From an uncultured Gammaproteobacteria bacterium (GTDB taxonomy: Bacteria; Patescibacteriota; Microgenomatia; CAZETR01; Amesbacteraceae): a stretch of DNA of 64,000 nucleotides. Made by a program: the position numbers and the translations under genes. The stretch is from the NCBI GenBank assembly GCA_964633995.1, contig CAZWKN010000004.1, positions 1,260 to 65,259 on the forward strand, given 5' to 3'. The notes beneath the pieces are model-generated. The model did not search any database, was not told the origin of the DNA, and worked only from the letters and a program-made list of their open reading frames with translations. Positions 48,547 to 57,876 of this stretch are shown here, piece after piece. Each line of letters opens with the position of its first letter. Position 1 is the first letter of the stretch.

Positions 48547-49704
48547 AGGTTCTATCTTGACGAATCGGCGGCCGACGCGAACCACAGTGGGGTTAGGGGA
48601 TAGGGTATAGGTGTAAGTTGTAATTTTTTCGTTGTTGACGGAAACTCCACCCTGGTCAATGAGCCGCCTAGCTTCTGATTTGGAGGAGGCTAAATTTGAG
48701 TCCACCAAAATGTCTAAAATGTTAGTTGATTGGGTTGAAATGGTGGGAAGTTCTTGTGGGGTTGAACCCTGTTGAAAGATGGATTCGAATGATTTTCTTG
48801 CCAAGTCTGCAACGGATGGGGAGTAAAGTTCAGAGACTATTTGCCAGGCCAGTTGTTTTTTCAGATCCATAGGATTGGTAAATTGTAATTTTAAATTTGA
48901 AATTTGGATTTCAGTGAGATTGGTGGCCAGTTCGAAGTATCTGCCAATAAGTTCGTCCCGAAGTGACATGGTTTTACCAAACATTTCGTCTGGGGTATCT
49001 TCCAGCCAAATGGCATTACCCCAGCTTTTGCTCATTTTACGACCGTCAGTGCCTTCCAAGAACTCATTTGCCATGACGAACGATTCTTTGTCGCGGAGTT
49101 TTTTTTGTAGGGTACGGCCGGCTTGCATGTTAAAAGTTTGATCTGTGCCACCTAGTTGGAGATCGGTGTCTAAATACCAGGAATCGTAACCTTGCATTAG
49201 TGGGTAGAGAACCTCGGGAAGTGAAATAGAGTTGTTGTTTGAAAGGCGTTTTTTGATGAGTTCACGGGAAATAAAATCATTTAGGCTAAAATGGCGGGCC
49301 AGTTTAATAATGTCTTCAAAATTGAGCTTTTTTAGCCAATCAGAGTTATGGACAATCGTAATTTTGGAAAAATCCAGAATTTTTGAAGCTTGTCTCTTGT
49401 AGGTTTGAAAATTTTCTTCTATTTGGTCGTAGGTTAGTATGGGACGCTCAGTGTCTTTGTCGGAAGTGTCTCCAATCAGGGCTGTAAAATCGCCAATCAA
49501 AAAAGTGACATGGTGGCCAAGTTCGACAAAGGTTTGCAACTTACGGAGTGGGAAAGCGTGGCCAATGTGAATACGTGTGGCAGTGGGGTCTATACCAAAA
49601 TACACGTTAAGTTTTTTATCTGAGCGAAGCAATGTCTCGAGCTGTTTTTTGTCGGGAATTATATTGGCAACGCCGTGGGAAAGTAGTTTTTGAATTTGAT
49701 CCAT
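48532..49704 (-). CDS. tyrS: tyrosine--tRNA ligase
   Basis: GIDPT...HIGH, YPLMQGYD, GGTDQ, KMSKS, C-terminal S4 domain. Confidence 0.97.
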   Translation of the reverse strand: MDQIQKLLSHGVANIIPDKKQLETLLRSDKKLNVYFGIDPTATRIHIGHAFPLRKLQTFVELGHHVTFLIGDFTALIGDTSDKDTERPILTYDQIEENFQTYKRQASKILDFSKITIVHNSDWLKKLNFEDIIKLARHFSLNDFISRELIKKRLSNNNSISLPEVLYPLMQGYDSWYLDTDLQLGGTDQTFNMQAGRTLQKKLRDKESFVMANEFLEGTDGRKMSKSWGNAIWLEDTPDEMFGKTMSLRDELIGRYFELATNLTEIQISNLKLQFTNPMDLKKQLAWQIVSELYSPSVADLARKSFESIFQQGSTPQELPTISTQSTNILDILVDSNLASSKSEARRLIDQGGVSVNNEKITTYTYTLSPNPTVVRVGRRFVKIEPLVNT

Positions 49705-49744
49705 GGGTTAATTCTAGCACGTGAATGGATGCAAAAATATTTGT

Positions 49745-50014
49745 CTATTTTATGCAGCTGCATTGGGTGGGCAAATAATTAGTGGTTAATGTTGCGAAGG
49801 GATTCTTCGGTCGATTTGGTGTTGCATAAAGAAGCCCTGTTCCAGTTCTAAATGATTCAGCTAGAAAGTATGTAGTGAACTCGGTTTTGGTGGCTGAGGT
49901 CTTGATGCCATTAAACATGGAGCGTTGGCGAGAGTTCCGAATTGCAAGCAGCAAGACAGATGCAAAAGGAACGGTTGCGATGACAAATTTTTCAAAATTA
50001 ACTTTTTGTTCCAT
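49745..50014 (-). CDS. small hypothetical protein
   Basis: 89 aa; similar to the upstream neighbour. Confidence 0.45.
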   Translation of the reverse strand: MEQKVNFEKFVIATVPFASVLLLAIRNSRQRSMFNGIKTSATKTEFTTYFLAESFRTGTGLLYATPNRPKNPFATLTTNYLPTQCSCIK

Positions 50015-50293
50015 TATTTGTTAAGATTTAAGTGAGAATTTAAGCCTTGGGTTGTGGTATAAAGCAGGGCGGTTCCAATTCCGCTGTATATAATTGCAGC
50101 CGAGAGATGGTCTATGCGATCAAGTAAGCTCAACACGAAAATGCTGGTTCTAAAAAATTCTGCAAATGCATAGGCGCCAACTTCTGTTTTTGGAAAACAT
50201 GCCCATATTTTTGTGTTGTTGTAGGGCAAATAAACTTGAATCGAACGGCGTGAGGGCAATTTTGGTTCGCCAAAAGATGAGTTCCAAATCCAT
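50014..50293 (-). pseudogene. probably frameshifted paralog of the downstream small ORF
   Basis: Leaderless ATG at 50293 (MDLELIFWRTKIALTPF) stops after 47 aa; similarity continues in another frame (KTEVGAYAFAEFFRT...GTALLYTT). Confidence 0.45.
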
Positions 50294-50308
50294 GGATAGA
50301 TTCTAGCA

Positions 50309-51544
50309 CTATAGGGCAAGGAGGACGCCGAGGGCGATAAGGATGGAGCTACCAATGGTAACGACCCATGTGTTTGTGGTGGATCCGGATTGGGCTAGTT
50401 GGGCGGGGGTGGGGGAAAGTTTGGGTGTCGGCCAGGCTGGGGGACAGGCACATGACATTTGGTCAGAGCAGTTTGGATTACGACAACGGCCGGCTGAGCA
50501 GATAAACTGAGCCTCACAGTTGGCATTTGAGCCACATGTACCATTGCATTTGTTTGGGCTACCAGGTGTATTGTCTGGGATGCCGGGTGTGGGGGTAATG
50601 GTAAGTGTGGGTATCGGTGTAGTGGTAGGTAGGGGTGTCGTGGTGGGGGAAGTAGTAATGCCTGGTGTAGCGGTGGCCATGGGAGTGCTGGTGGGTGTGG
50701 AGGTGGGATTGTTACAACTTCCGGCGTTGGTTTGAGTCCAGTAGTAGTCAAGGCTGCCGGTACAATTGGCAATCGGATTGCCATTCGAGTCGAGTATGGC
50801 CGCCCCGTAATGAATTTCTACTGTAGTGTCGGTTGGTCTTATGCCCGGCCAAGTAGCGGTAATTGAAAATTGGAGGTTGTTGGAAGCAGGTTGGCTAGCA
50901 TAAGTTTGTTCGGTGCGAAGATCGGGTGGGTTAACGATATAGTATGCCGTTTGGAGAGTGCTATTTTCAGGAGCCGAGACTACGGTTCCTGTTACGGCGA
51001 CTTGATTTTGGTTGGGGTCACAATAGAGTTTATCGGCTTCGTTAAATATTACCTGACAACTGGCCAGGTAACTACCCGTATTGAGACAATCGCTTTGGCC
51101 ATCTACTTTCCAACTAAAAACTCCAGATGGGGGAACGGTGACTGTTCCGAGATTGGCGGTTGCTCCAGGGGCTAGGTCGGGCGCATCAAATGTATTGACC
51201 AGGGCGTTGTCGATATAGACATCTACTCTTTGGTTGGGTTCGTTTCTGTTGGAGCCGTTAGTGGCTGTTACAAGCCCGGTTTGGGAGACACTAAAGACAT
51301 ATTTGGAACAATCCCAAGCATACGATGTAGCTCTTTGACGACGCTGGACCAAAACGATGGCTGTTATGACTCCTGACCCCAAAACAAAAAGAAGGGCAAT
51401 GGCAATAATTAATTTTTTATTGAACTTAGGCTTGGAGCTTCCTGTGGAGGTGATTACTTGTTCTGGGCCGGGTAAATCAGTAGGGGGTCTGAAGGGGGTA
51501 TAATTTGTGGGAGTTGGAGGTGGTGGAGGAGGATCCGATGTCAT
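50309..51544 (-). CDS. surface protein: TM, Ig-like region, PT repeats, Cys module, C-terminal anchor
   Basis: TM IIAIALLFVLGSGVITAIVLV, PT tract, CNGTC...GRCRNPNC...CAC, LAQSG + hydrophobic C-terminus; start set at MTSDPPP. Confidence 0.8.
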   Translation of the reverse strand: MTSDPPPPPPTPTNYTPFRPPTDLPGPEQVITSTGSSKPKFNKKLIIAIALLFVLGSGVITAIVLVQRRQRATSYAWDCSKYVFSVSQTGLVTATNGSNRNEPNQRVDVYIDNALVNTFDAPDLAPGATANLGTVTVPPSGVFSWKVDGQSDCLNTGSYLASCQVIFNEADKLYCDPNQNQVAVTGTVVSAPENSTLQTAYYIVNPPDLRTEQTYASQPASNNLQFSITATWPGIRPTDTTVEIHYGAAILDSNGNPIANCTGSLDYYWTQTNAGSCNNPTSTPTSTPMATATPGITTSPTTTPLPTTTPIPTLTITPTPGIPDNTPGSPNKCNGTCGSNANCEAQFICSAGRCRNPNCSDQMSCACPPAWPTPKLSPTPAQLAQSGSTTNTWVVTIGSSILIALGVLLAL

Positions 51545-51581
51545 GTACCCAGAATAACCTTTTTTTTGATACAATTGCAAT

Positions 51582-52784
51582 ATGTTGTATTCGAAGTTGT
51601 TCCCCAAAACATTAAGAGAGGCACCAAAAGATGCGGTGTCGGTAAATCATCAACTGTTGGTTAGGGCCGGATTTGTAGATCAATTGATGGCTGGATCATG
51701 GACTTTGCTTCCTTTGGGATGGAAAGTGGTTACCAAAATAGAAAATGTAATACGAGAAGAATTAGCTAAAATTGGATGTCTGGAGATGTTGATGCCTCTT
51801 ATGCATCCGAAAGAAATTTGGAATGAGACGGGGAGGTGGGATAGTGCCGATGAAGTTATGTATAAGGTACAAGATACAAATTCCAAGAAACAATATGCAC
51901 TGTCCTTTACGCATGAGGAAATAGTAATGGATCTTTTAAGAAAACATATCCAGTCGTATAAAGATTTGCCGGTGGCAATATATCATTTTTCGACAAAATT
52001 TAGGAATGAGGCTAGGCCACAAGGTGGAGTGCTTAGGGGGAGAGAGTTTTTGATGAAGGACTTATATAGTGCCCATGAAAGTGAGGAGGATATGATGAAG
52101 TTTTATGAACAGGTTTCCGAGGCGTACATAAGAATATTTGAAAGATTTGGTTTTGAGGTTTACATAACGGAAGCGGCCGGGGGAGTATTTACACAGCGGC
52201 ACACCCGGGAGTTTCAGGTGGTGACTGGTGCGGGTGAAGATACTATATATGTAAAGCCGGGAACCAGAGTGGCCGTAAATAAAGAGGTGTTTACAGAGTC
52301 GGAAAGCGACTATGAGATAAAAAGAGCTGTTGAGGTCGGAAACATCTTCCCATTTGGAAGTGAAAAATATGCAGAAATGATGGGGGGTACTTTTACTGGT
52401 AAAGATGGCAAAAAAGTGCCGGTACATTTTGCCAGCTATGGAATAGGCGTTACGAGACTTATGGGGGTGATGGTAGAGGTTGGGAATGATAAAAATGGCA
52501 TAATTTGGCCCAAAGAGGCAGCACCTTTTGACGCGCATTTGATTGTGCTAAGCACGAAGGATGAAGGGGTATATGAAAAATTAATGGGACTGGGCGTGGA
52601 CGTGCTATGGGATGATACAGATAGAGGAGTAGGGCAGAAATTTGCCGATGCAGACTTGATTGGGTGTCCAGTTAGGTTGGTGGTTTCCGAAAAAAATAAT
52701 GGTTTAATCGAATGGAAAGAGAGAGATTCGGACAAGATTGAGTTGATAAGTTTGAATGAGGTGATTAAGAAGATTGGGCGATAA
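51582..52784 (+). CDS. proS: proline--tRNA ligase (short form without insertion/editing domain)
   Basis: HQLLVRAG, THEE, KFRNEARP..GVLRGREF.MKD.YS, EVGNIF, SYGIGVTR, FADADLIG. Confidence 0.95.
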   Translation: MLYSKLFPKTLREAPKDAVSVNHQLLVRAGFVDQLMAGSWTLLPLGWKVVTKIENVIREELAKIGCLEMLMPLMHPKEIWNETGRWDSADEVMYKVQDTNSKKQYALSFTHEEIVMDLLRKHIQSYKDLPVAIYHFSTKFRNEARPQGGVLRGREFLMKDLYSAHESEEDMMKFYEQVSEAYIRIFERFGFEVYITEAAGGVFTQRHTREFQVVTGAGEDTIYVKPGTRVAVNKEVFTESESDYEIKRAVEVGNIFPFGSEKYAEMMGGTFTGKDGKKVPVHFASYGIGVTRLMGVMVEVGNDKNGIIWPKEAAPFDAHLIVLSTKDEGVYEKLMGLGVDVLWDDTDRGVGQKFADADLIGCPVRLVVSEKNNGLIEWKERDSDKIELISLNEVIKKIGR

Positions 52785-53159
52785 ATGAAAAATAGATTCC
52801 AGTCCATTGGAAGTGAATCACTAGGGTTGGTTTTGAGTATGGTTGGTTATTCAATTCTGTCTGTCGTCTTGGGAATCGTAGTTGGCTATGCGGCCGGTTT
52901 AATGAATTTGGGAAGAAGTAATGGAATATTTTCAATATTACTTCAATTGATATCAGCTATTGGATTTGGGTTTGGGGGAGTATTAATCCCATTAGTGGTG
53001 GTAATTCGGGGGATGGTGAAGTTATTTAAAATAAATGGGCAAAGTCAATTGGTCAGGGCGGGAGTTGTGGGGTTGGTAATGGTGGGATGTGGGGTTTTAT
53101 TATTTTTGGTTGGACGTGAGGCGTATCGGTATCTATTTTGGTCACCCCGGGGTTATTAA
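52785..53159 (+). CDS. small membrane protein (3 TM)
   Basis: 124 aa, three hydrophobic segments. Confidence 0.65.
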   Translation: MKNRFQSIGSESLGLVLSMVGYSILSVVLGIVVGYAAGLMNLGRSNGIFSILLQLISAIGFGFGGVLIPLVVVIRGMVKLFKINGQSQLVRAGVVGLVMVGCGVLLFLVGREAYRYLFWSPRGY

Positions 53160-53210
53160 ATTCGGAAAGTTGTGGTTGACAGGTTGGTTTGATATCTTTA
53201 ATATCTCCAA

Positions 53211-54320
53211 ATGGAGAGATTGGCTATTTTGGTTATTTTGTTAGGGACGATGGTTGGTGTGATTAGTAAGCCAGTTTCGACTCGGGTATTGGCTGCCAGT
53301 GTGTCGCCAGTTAACCTGACAGGTGGGCAGAGTTTGACGATAAATTGTGAAGGTAAAAGATTGGATGTGCGGCGGATGACTGCTTTGCAATTAGTAGCGG
53401 ATTGTGCAATTTTAACGATAACTCCTACGTTGACTCCATCTCCGACAGCAATGCCGATGCCTACAGGGCCTGGAGCTGGTGTTGACGGAATTGTGAGTAC
53501 TGCTATTGTGAATGAAAGCTTGGGAACATGTAGTGTTGCGACGCACGATAAATATGTATTGACCGGGCCGGATAGTAAGAAATACAGAACTTGGCATCCT
53601 AGAAAAGATCCACAGACAGGATGTATTTTTGGACACGAACATGGCGATGATCCGGCTAGATCAAATATTTCCGGGATTTTGCCGGTGTTATTTAGTTTGT
53701 ACGATCAGGGATCTGAAGCGCATGAAGGGTTTAAGGTTGGGGTGGTTAACTATGGTGATGTAAACAACGAGGGAAGTATGGCCATGAACAGCACGAGAGT
53801 GGTGGTTCATCAGGGTACAGGTGGGGCAAAAAGATTTACGACTCAGATGCATTCATTGGAAATAGCGTTTTTGGGTGGACCAAACGGAAAAAATGCTGGG
53901 CAGAAATTTTTTGAAGGGGGAATGGCTGATACCGGAGGAATTGGATCAATTTGTGCCAACCCTAGACAGGGCAGAACAGTAATGCAGACGGATTGCAATG
54001 AAACGTCGGATTATGAGATCTGGCAGTTTAGTTTGAAGGGGATGACGGTTTCTTGGGCCGTGTTTGATCCAATTACGGAAAGAAATCCTGTTGACAATAC
54101 GACGTTGTTGTTGGCGGGCAACAAAGGTTGTACGGCTGAATTTTATGTAGGGCCTTTCAATTCGGCGTCTGGGACGTACCGGCCGCAGTTTGGGAAGTTG
54201 CCACAGGGGTTGGGATATTTGGCGACGTACAAAAGTGGGGATGTAAATCAGCCACAAAGCCAGTTTAAAATGACTCGCCCAGCGTGTGATGTTTATAGCC
54301 AGATTGGGACGAAGAATTGA
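53211..54320 (+). CDS. secreted Cys/His-motif hypothetical protein
   Basis: Signal peptide, PT linker, TWHP....GC.FGHEHGDDP, EAHEGFK, HQGTGG..RF...MHS; TTGACA-17-TAATAT promoter. Confidence 0.75.
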   Translation: MERLAILVILLGTMVGVISKPVSTRVLAASVSPVNLTGGQSLTINCEGKRLDVRRMTALQLVADCAILTITPTLTPSPTAMPMPTGPGAGVDGIVSTAIVNESLGTCSVATHDKYVLTGPDSKKYRTWHPRKDPQTGCIFGHEHGDDPARSNISGILPVLFSLYDQGSEAHEGFKVGVVNYGDVNNEGSMAMNSTRVVVHQGTGGAKRFTTQMHSLEIAFLGGPNGKNAGQKFFEGGMADTGGIGSICANPRQGRTVMQTDCNETSDYEIWQFSLKGMTVSWAVFDPITERNPVDNTTLLLAGNKGCTAEFYVGPFNSASGTYRPQFGKLPQGLGYLATYKSGDVNQPQSQFKMTRPACDVYSQIGTKN

Positions 54321-54350
54321 CATAATGTATTTTGACGGTAGAATGGTGGG

Positions 54351-54698
54351 ATGAATTGGGAACGGAAGTTTAGAGTTATTGGTTCTGTTGCTCTGAGTGG
54401 GCTAGCGATAGCTAGTTTGTGGTTTGCAAACATGGTGTCTGCTGGGGGATCCGATGTGACACCGACTTTTTGGCCACCAGAGATGACACCCACACTTGCG
54501 CCAGCTTCTGTGGATGTGTATGTTCCACTTGTGTTAAATGGGGCTCCGCTGGCGACTTCGACTATTGCGTGGCCTCCAACTGAAACACCAACTCGAACTT
54601 CGTTTCCTACTCCAACCATTGATCTGAACTTTGATACTCCAACCCCAACGTCGACACATACAGCGCTTCCTCCCCCCCAATACAATTTGTTGCCTTAG
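54351..54698 (+). CDS. small exported Pro/Thr-rich protein
   Basis: Signal/TM followed by PT repeats and VYVPLVL motif. Confidence 0.6.
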   Translation: MNWERKFRVIGSVALSGLAIASLWFANMVSAGGSDVTPTFWPPEMTPTLAPASVDVYVPLVLNGAPLATSTIAWPPTETPTRTSFPTPTIDLNFDTPTPTSTHTALPPPQYNLLP

Positions 54699-54725
54699 GT
54701 TTAATTTTTGGTATGATTAGCGGGC

Positions 54726-55967
54726 ATGGGAAAGACTGATGTGATTACATTGCCTCCTGGGACCAAGGTGCCTAACCATATTGCGATGATACTGGATGGA
54801 AACAGGCGGTGGGCGCGGGCGAGAGGATTAAAACCTTGGGAAGGGCACGCAGCGGGGTATCAAGCAATTAAGGAGTTGTCTGAGGCCACAAGAATGCTGG
54901 GAGTACATACGTTTACGGTTTGGGCGTGGTCTACGGAGAATTGGGAGAGGTCAGAAGTGGAAGTAAGTGAGATTATGAAATTGTTGAGGATGGGTTTGGA
55001 CGAGATGGAACCCGATTTGCACAGAGAGAAGATAAGGTTGGTGCATTTGGGGCGAAAGGATAGGTTGCCGAAAGATGCTCTCGAGCATATTGCTAGGCTT
55101 GAGGCGGAGACGAAACAATACAACGACTCGCATGTATTTAACATTGCTTTGGATTATGGTGGTAGGGATGAGCTGGTGAGGGCGGTTAAACAAGTTATCA
55201 CTGATCAGGTATCAGTTGATCAGTTGGATGTGAAAGTGTTTGAGAAATATTTGGATACGTGTGATCAACCTTATCCCAATGTAGATTTGTTTATCAGGAC
55301 CAGCGGAGAGCAGAGAACATCGGGACTTTTGCCTTGGCAGATGGACTATGCAGAATATTATTTTGAACAGGACCATTTACCGGATTTTAGTCCGGAAAAG
55401 TTGCGGGAAGCGATAATGGATTTTTCTAGGCGCAGGAGGCGGTTTGGGGCTAATGACAAAGAGGAGCATTTAAGGTTCAACCCCAAAATAGTGGCTGATT
55501 TAGAGGTTAAATGGAGACATGCTTTGGCGGGGGGAGAGACGGAGAGATTAAGAGATTTAGTGATTAAGTATGTGGGTGAGCAGTATGGATTGTCGAAGGA
55601 GCTGGCGTATGATGCTGGAGTAAATTTGGCCAAGGCGTTGATGTACAGGCGACAGGAAAATTGGGTAGAGGCTAAAAAAGCACTGGTGGGGTTGTATGGA
55701 ATTGTACAAAAAACGTTGAAATTGGCATTTGAGCCGGAGGTAATTGCTAATATTGAAGTGAATTTGTGGAACCCTCCTTTGCGGGACGCTTCGGAAGGGC
55801 AAGAGGGGCGGTGGCAAATGTATTTGGCAGAGAAATACAGGATTTCTAAGTTGCAGGCGGCTAAATCAGCTCATTTGGCGGTGTTGGCGGAGCGGGAGGT
55901 TGATCCCAAAAAACAAAAAGGATATTTGGAAATGTTTTACGAAGCACTGAAAGAAAGAGTGGCCTAG
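54726..55967 (+). CDS. uppS: undecaprenyl diphosphate synthase with C-terminal extension
   Basis: PNHIAMILDGNRRWA, STENWERS, DYGGRDE, DLFIRTSGEQRTSG, RRRFG; extra ~160 aa. Confidence 0.93.
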   Translation: MGKTDVITLPPGTKVPNHIAMILDGNRRWARARGLKPWEGHAAGYQAIKELSEATRMLGVHTFTVWAWSTENWERSEVEVSEIMKLLRMGLDEMEPDLHREKIRLVHLGRKDRLPKDALEHIARLEAETKQYNDSHVFNIALDYGGRDELVRAVKQVITDQVSVDQLDVKVFEKYLDTCDQPYPNVDLFIRTSGEQRTSGLLPWQMDYAEYYFEQDHLPDFSPEKLREAIMDFSRRRRRFGANDKEEHLRFNPKIVADLEVKWRHALAGGETERLRDLVIKYVGEQYGLSKELAYDAGVNLAKALMYRRQENWVEAKKALVGLYGIVQKTLKLAFEPEVIANIEVNLWNPPLRDASEGQEGRWQMYLAEKYRISKLQAAKSAHLAVLAEREVDPKKQKGYLEMFYEALKERVA

Positions 55968-56722
55968 GGATACTCCTTTAAGGACAGTTCTTTCAAAGAT
56001 CGAGGGTGAGAGATGATATTTGGGAGAGGGAGGGTTCGTCGATTTGCGAGTTTTCGACAAAACTAGAGTAGGAATTGAATCCTGATTTGGCAAAATAAGA
56101 TAAAATTGCTTGTGGTTTGAGCCAATCTTGTTTGATAAAGCCGAGATAGTTTCGATAAGATGATGGTTGGGGACACTCTTGTAAGGACTGTCCTTTTTGG
56201 AAAGGATTGAGGTGAATATAGCGAGATAGGTGGAGCAGTTGTTGTTCTGAATCTACAAGGACCGCCTTGTAAGCATCCTGAAAAAGTGGTCCTACTCTGT
56301 GGTTGTTTCTATGGTTAAAATACTGGACGTAGCGGGTGCAAAGAGAGCGCATAAACATTTCTATAGTTCTGGGAACGGTTTGTTTGACTAAAAGATGGAA
56401 ATGATTGGGCATTAGGCAATAGGCTAGTAAATCGAGTTGATTGGAAAAATTGTTGAGTCGAATTAGTTTTTTGGCATCTGCCTTTTGATAGGGAGTAGAT
56501 GTGGGGTTGGTTAATACCTGAAGGAGTTTGTCTAAGTCTTTGGGGGAAAGATATTCTTTGAGATATGAGAGGAAAACGGACTCATCCTGTTTGTCTGAAA
56601 AAATTGCTCGCTTTTCGACACCGCGGTTGTAGATGTGGTAGTAGCCGTTTTCGTGATACTCTTTGATCTTGTTCTTGGCGGGCACAAATTTAGGATACTC
56701 TTGAAAGGACTGTCCTTTCAAG
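55968..56722 (+). repeat. three REP-like copies GGAYACTCYTKWAAGGACWGTYCTT
   Basis: At 55968, 56171 (inside the transposase) and 56693; the last contains the palindrome CTTGAAAGGAC-T-GTCCTTTCAAG. Confidence 0.8.
55993..56685 (-). mobile_element. REP-associated tyrosine transposase (RAYT)
   Basis: YYHIYNRGVEKR, AYCLMPNHFHLL, GPLFQ, LSRYIHLNP, SSY; true start GTG at 56685. Confidence 0.9.
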
Positions 56723-56748
56723 AGTTGGAATTGTGATAGAATTTGGGG

Positions 56749-57792
56749 ATGGCGAGTGATTTGGGGCAGAAGGCAAAGAAAACGTTGGAAGCGTTTGTGC
56801 CGGAGATAGATAAGCGAATTGCTGAGTATTTTGACGAAGAAATAAAAAAAGATTTCGGGTTTAATGAGAAACAGAAAAAGTTGGATAGGGAGATTTTGGA
56901 ACACGCAAAAGAATACATTCTGCGTCCGACGAAGAGAATCAGAAGTTCGTTTGTGCGTTATGGAGCAAGGTTGGGTGGAGAAGAATGTGATTGGGGTGCT
57001 GCTGTGGGGGTGGAGTTGGTACATGCAGGGCTTTTGATGCATGACGATTTTATGGATAACGATAGTTTTAGGCGGGGAGGGTTGACAACCCATGAACATT
57101 TTAAAAAAGTAATGAATGATTCACACCTGGGGGATGCTATGGCGGTTACGGTGGGAGATGCAATGTTGTTTATGGGCTTAGAGCTTATTTCTAATAGCGA
57201 CAACAGACCGGCAATGAAACAGATGTTGAGAGGGTTGGCAAATACTGGTTATGGCCAGGCTTACGATGTTGGTTTGGAAGCACTTAAGGAATGGACAGAA
57301 GACGATGTGATCGTTTTGCACAAGGCAAAGACGGCGATTTATACGTATGAGAATCCGTTGTTTATTGGGGCGCATTTGGCCGGTTTATCAAAAGAGGTTT
57401 TTGAAATTTTGCATGAATATTCTATGGATGGTGGGGTGGCATTTCAGTTGCAAGATGATATTTTGGGAGTGTATGGGAGTCCAGAGAAGACGGGAAAGAG
57501 TGCAGATTCGGATCTAAAACAGGGAAAATGTACCCTGATGGTGCTTAAGGCGTGGGATTGTCCAGAAGTGCATAAAGTTTGGGGTGATCAAAATGCAACG
57601 AGAGAGGATCTGGATGCGGCTAAAAAAGCCATATTGGACTGCGGGGCGTATGAATATAATAAAAAATTGGCCAGAGAGTATGCGGCAAAAGCGGCTAGGA
57701 CGGCAGAGAAATTGCGTAAATTTGAGTTAAATTCAGAAGCGATTGATTTCATCCAGGGTATTGCTGAGTATATGGTGGAGAGAGAAGTATAA
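56749..57792 (+). CDS. polyprenyl diphosphate synthase (FPP/GGPP synthase family)
   Basis: KRIR, ELVH..LLMHDDFMDNDSFRRG, GQAYD, KTAIY, FQLQDDILG, SDLKQGK. Confidence 0.93.
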   Translation: MASDLGQKAKKTLEAFVPEIDKRIAEYFDEEIKKDFGFNEKQKKLDREILEHAKEYILRPTKRIRSSFVRYGARLGGEECDWGAAVGVELVHAGLLMHDDFMDNDSFRRGGLTTHEHFKKVMNDSHLGDAMAVTVGDAMLFMGLELISNSDNRPAMKQMLRGLANTGYGQAYDVGLEALKEWTEDDVIVLHKAKTAIYTYENPLFIGAHLAGLSKEVFEILHEYSMDGGVAFQLQDDILGVYGSPEKTGKSADSDLKQGKCTLMVLKAWDCPEVHKVWGDQNATREDLDAAKKAILDCGAYEYNKKLAREYAAKAARTAEKLRKFELNSEAIDFIQGIAEYMVEREV

Positions 57793-57803
57793 ATTTGCCG
57801 GCT

Positions 57804-57861
57804 TGTCATCCCGACTAAGCGTAGCGCATGGAGGGATCCCTCGACTTCGCTCGGGATGACA
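57804..57861. repeat. palindromic REP/MITE-like element
   Basis: TGTCATCCCGA-...GAGGGATCCCTC...-TCGGGATGACA with 11-bp terminal inverted repeats. Confidence 0.8.
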
Positions 57862-57876
57862 TAGTATAGTAGTACT

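Noticed and set aside
50560-50710. GT-rich DNA repeats
   Set aside because: Explained by Pro/Thr linker codons
56686-57099. Long N-terminal extension of the second RAYT in the ORF track
   Set aside because: It is the antisense of the polyprenyl synthase; homology to the first RAYT begins at (M)PAKNKIK, 56685
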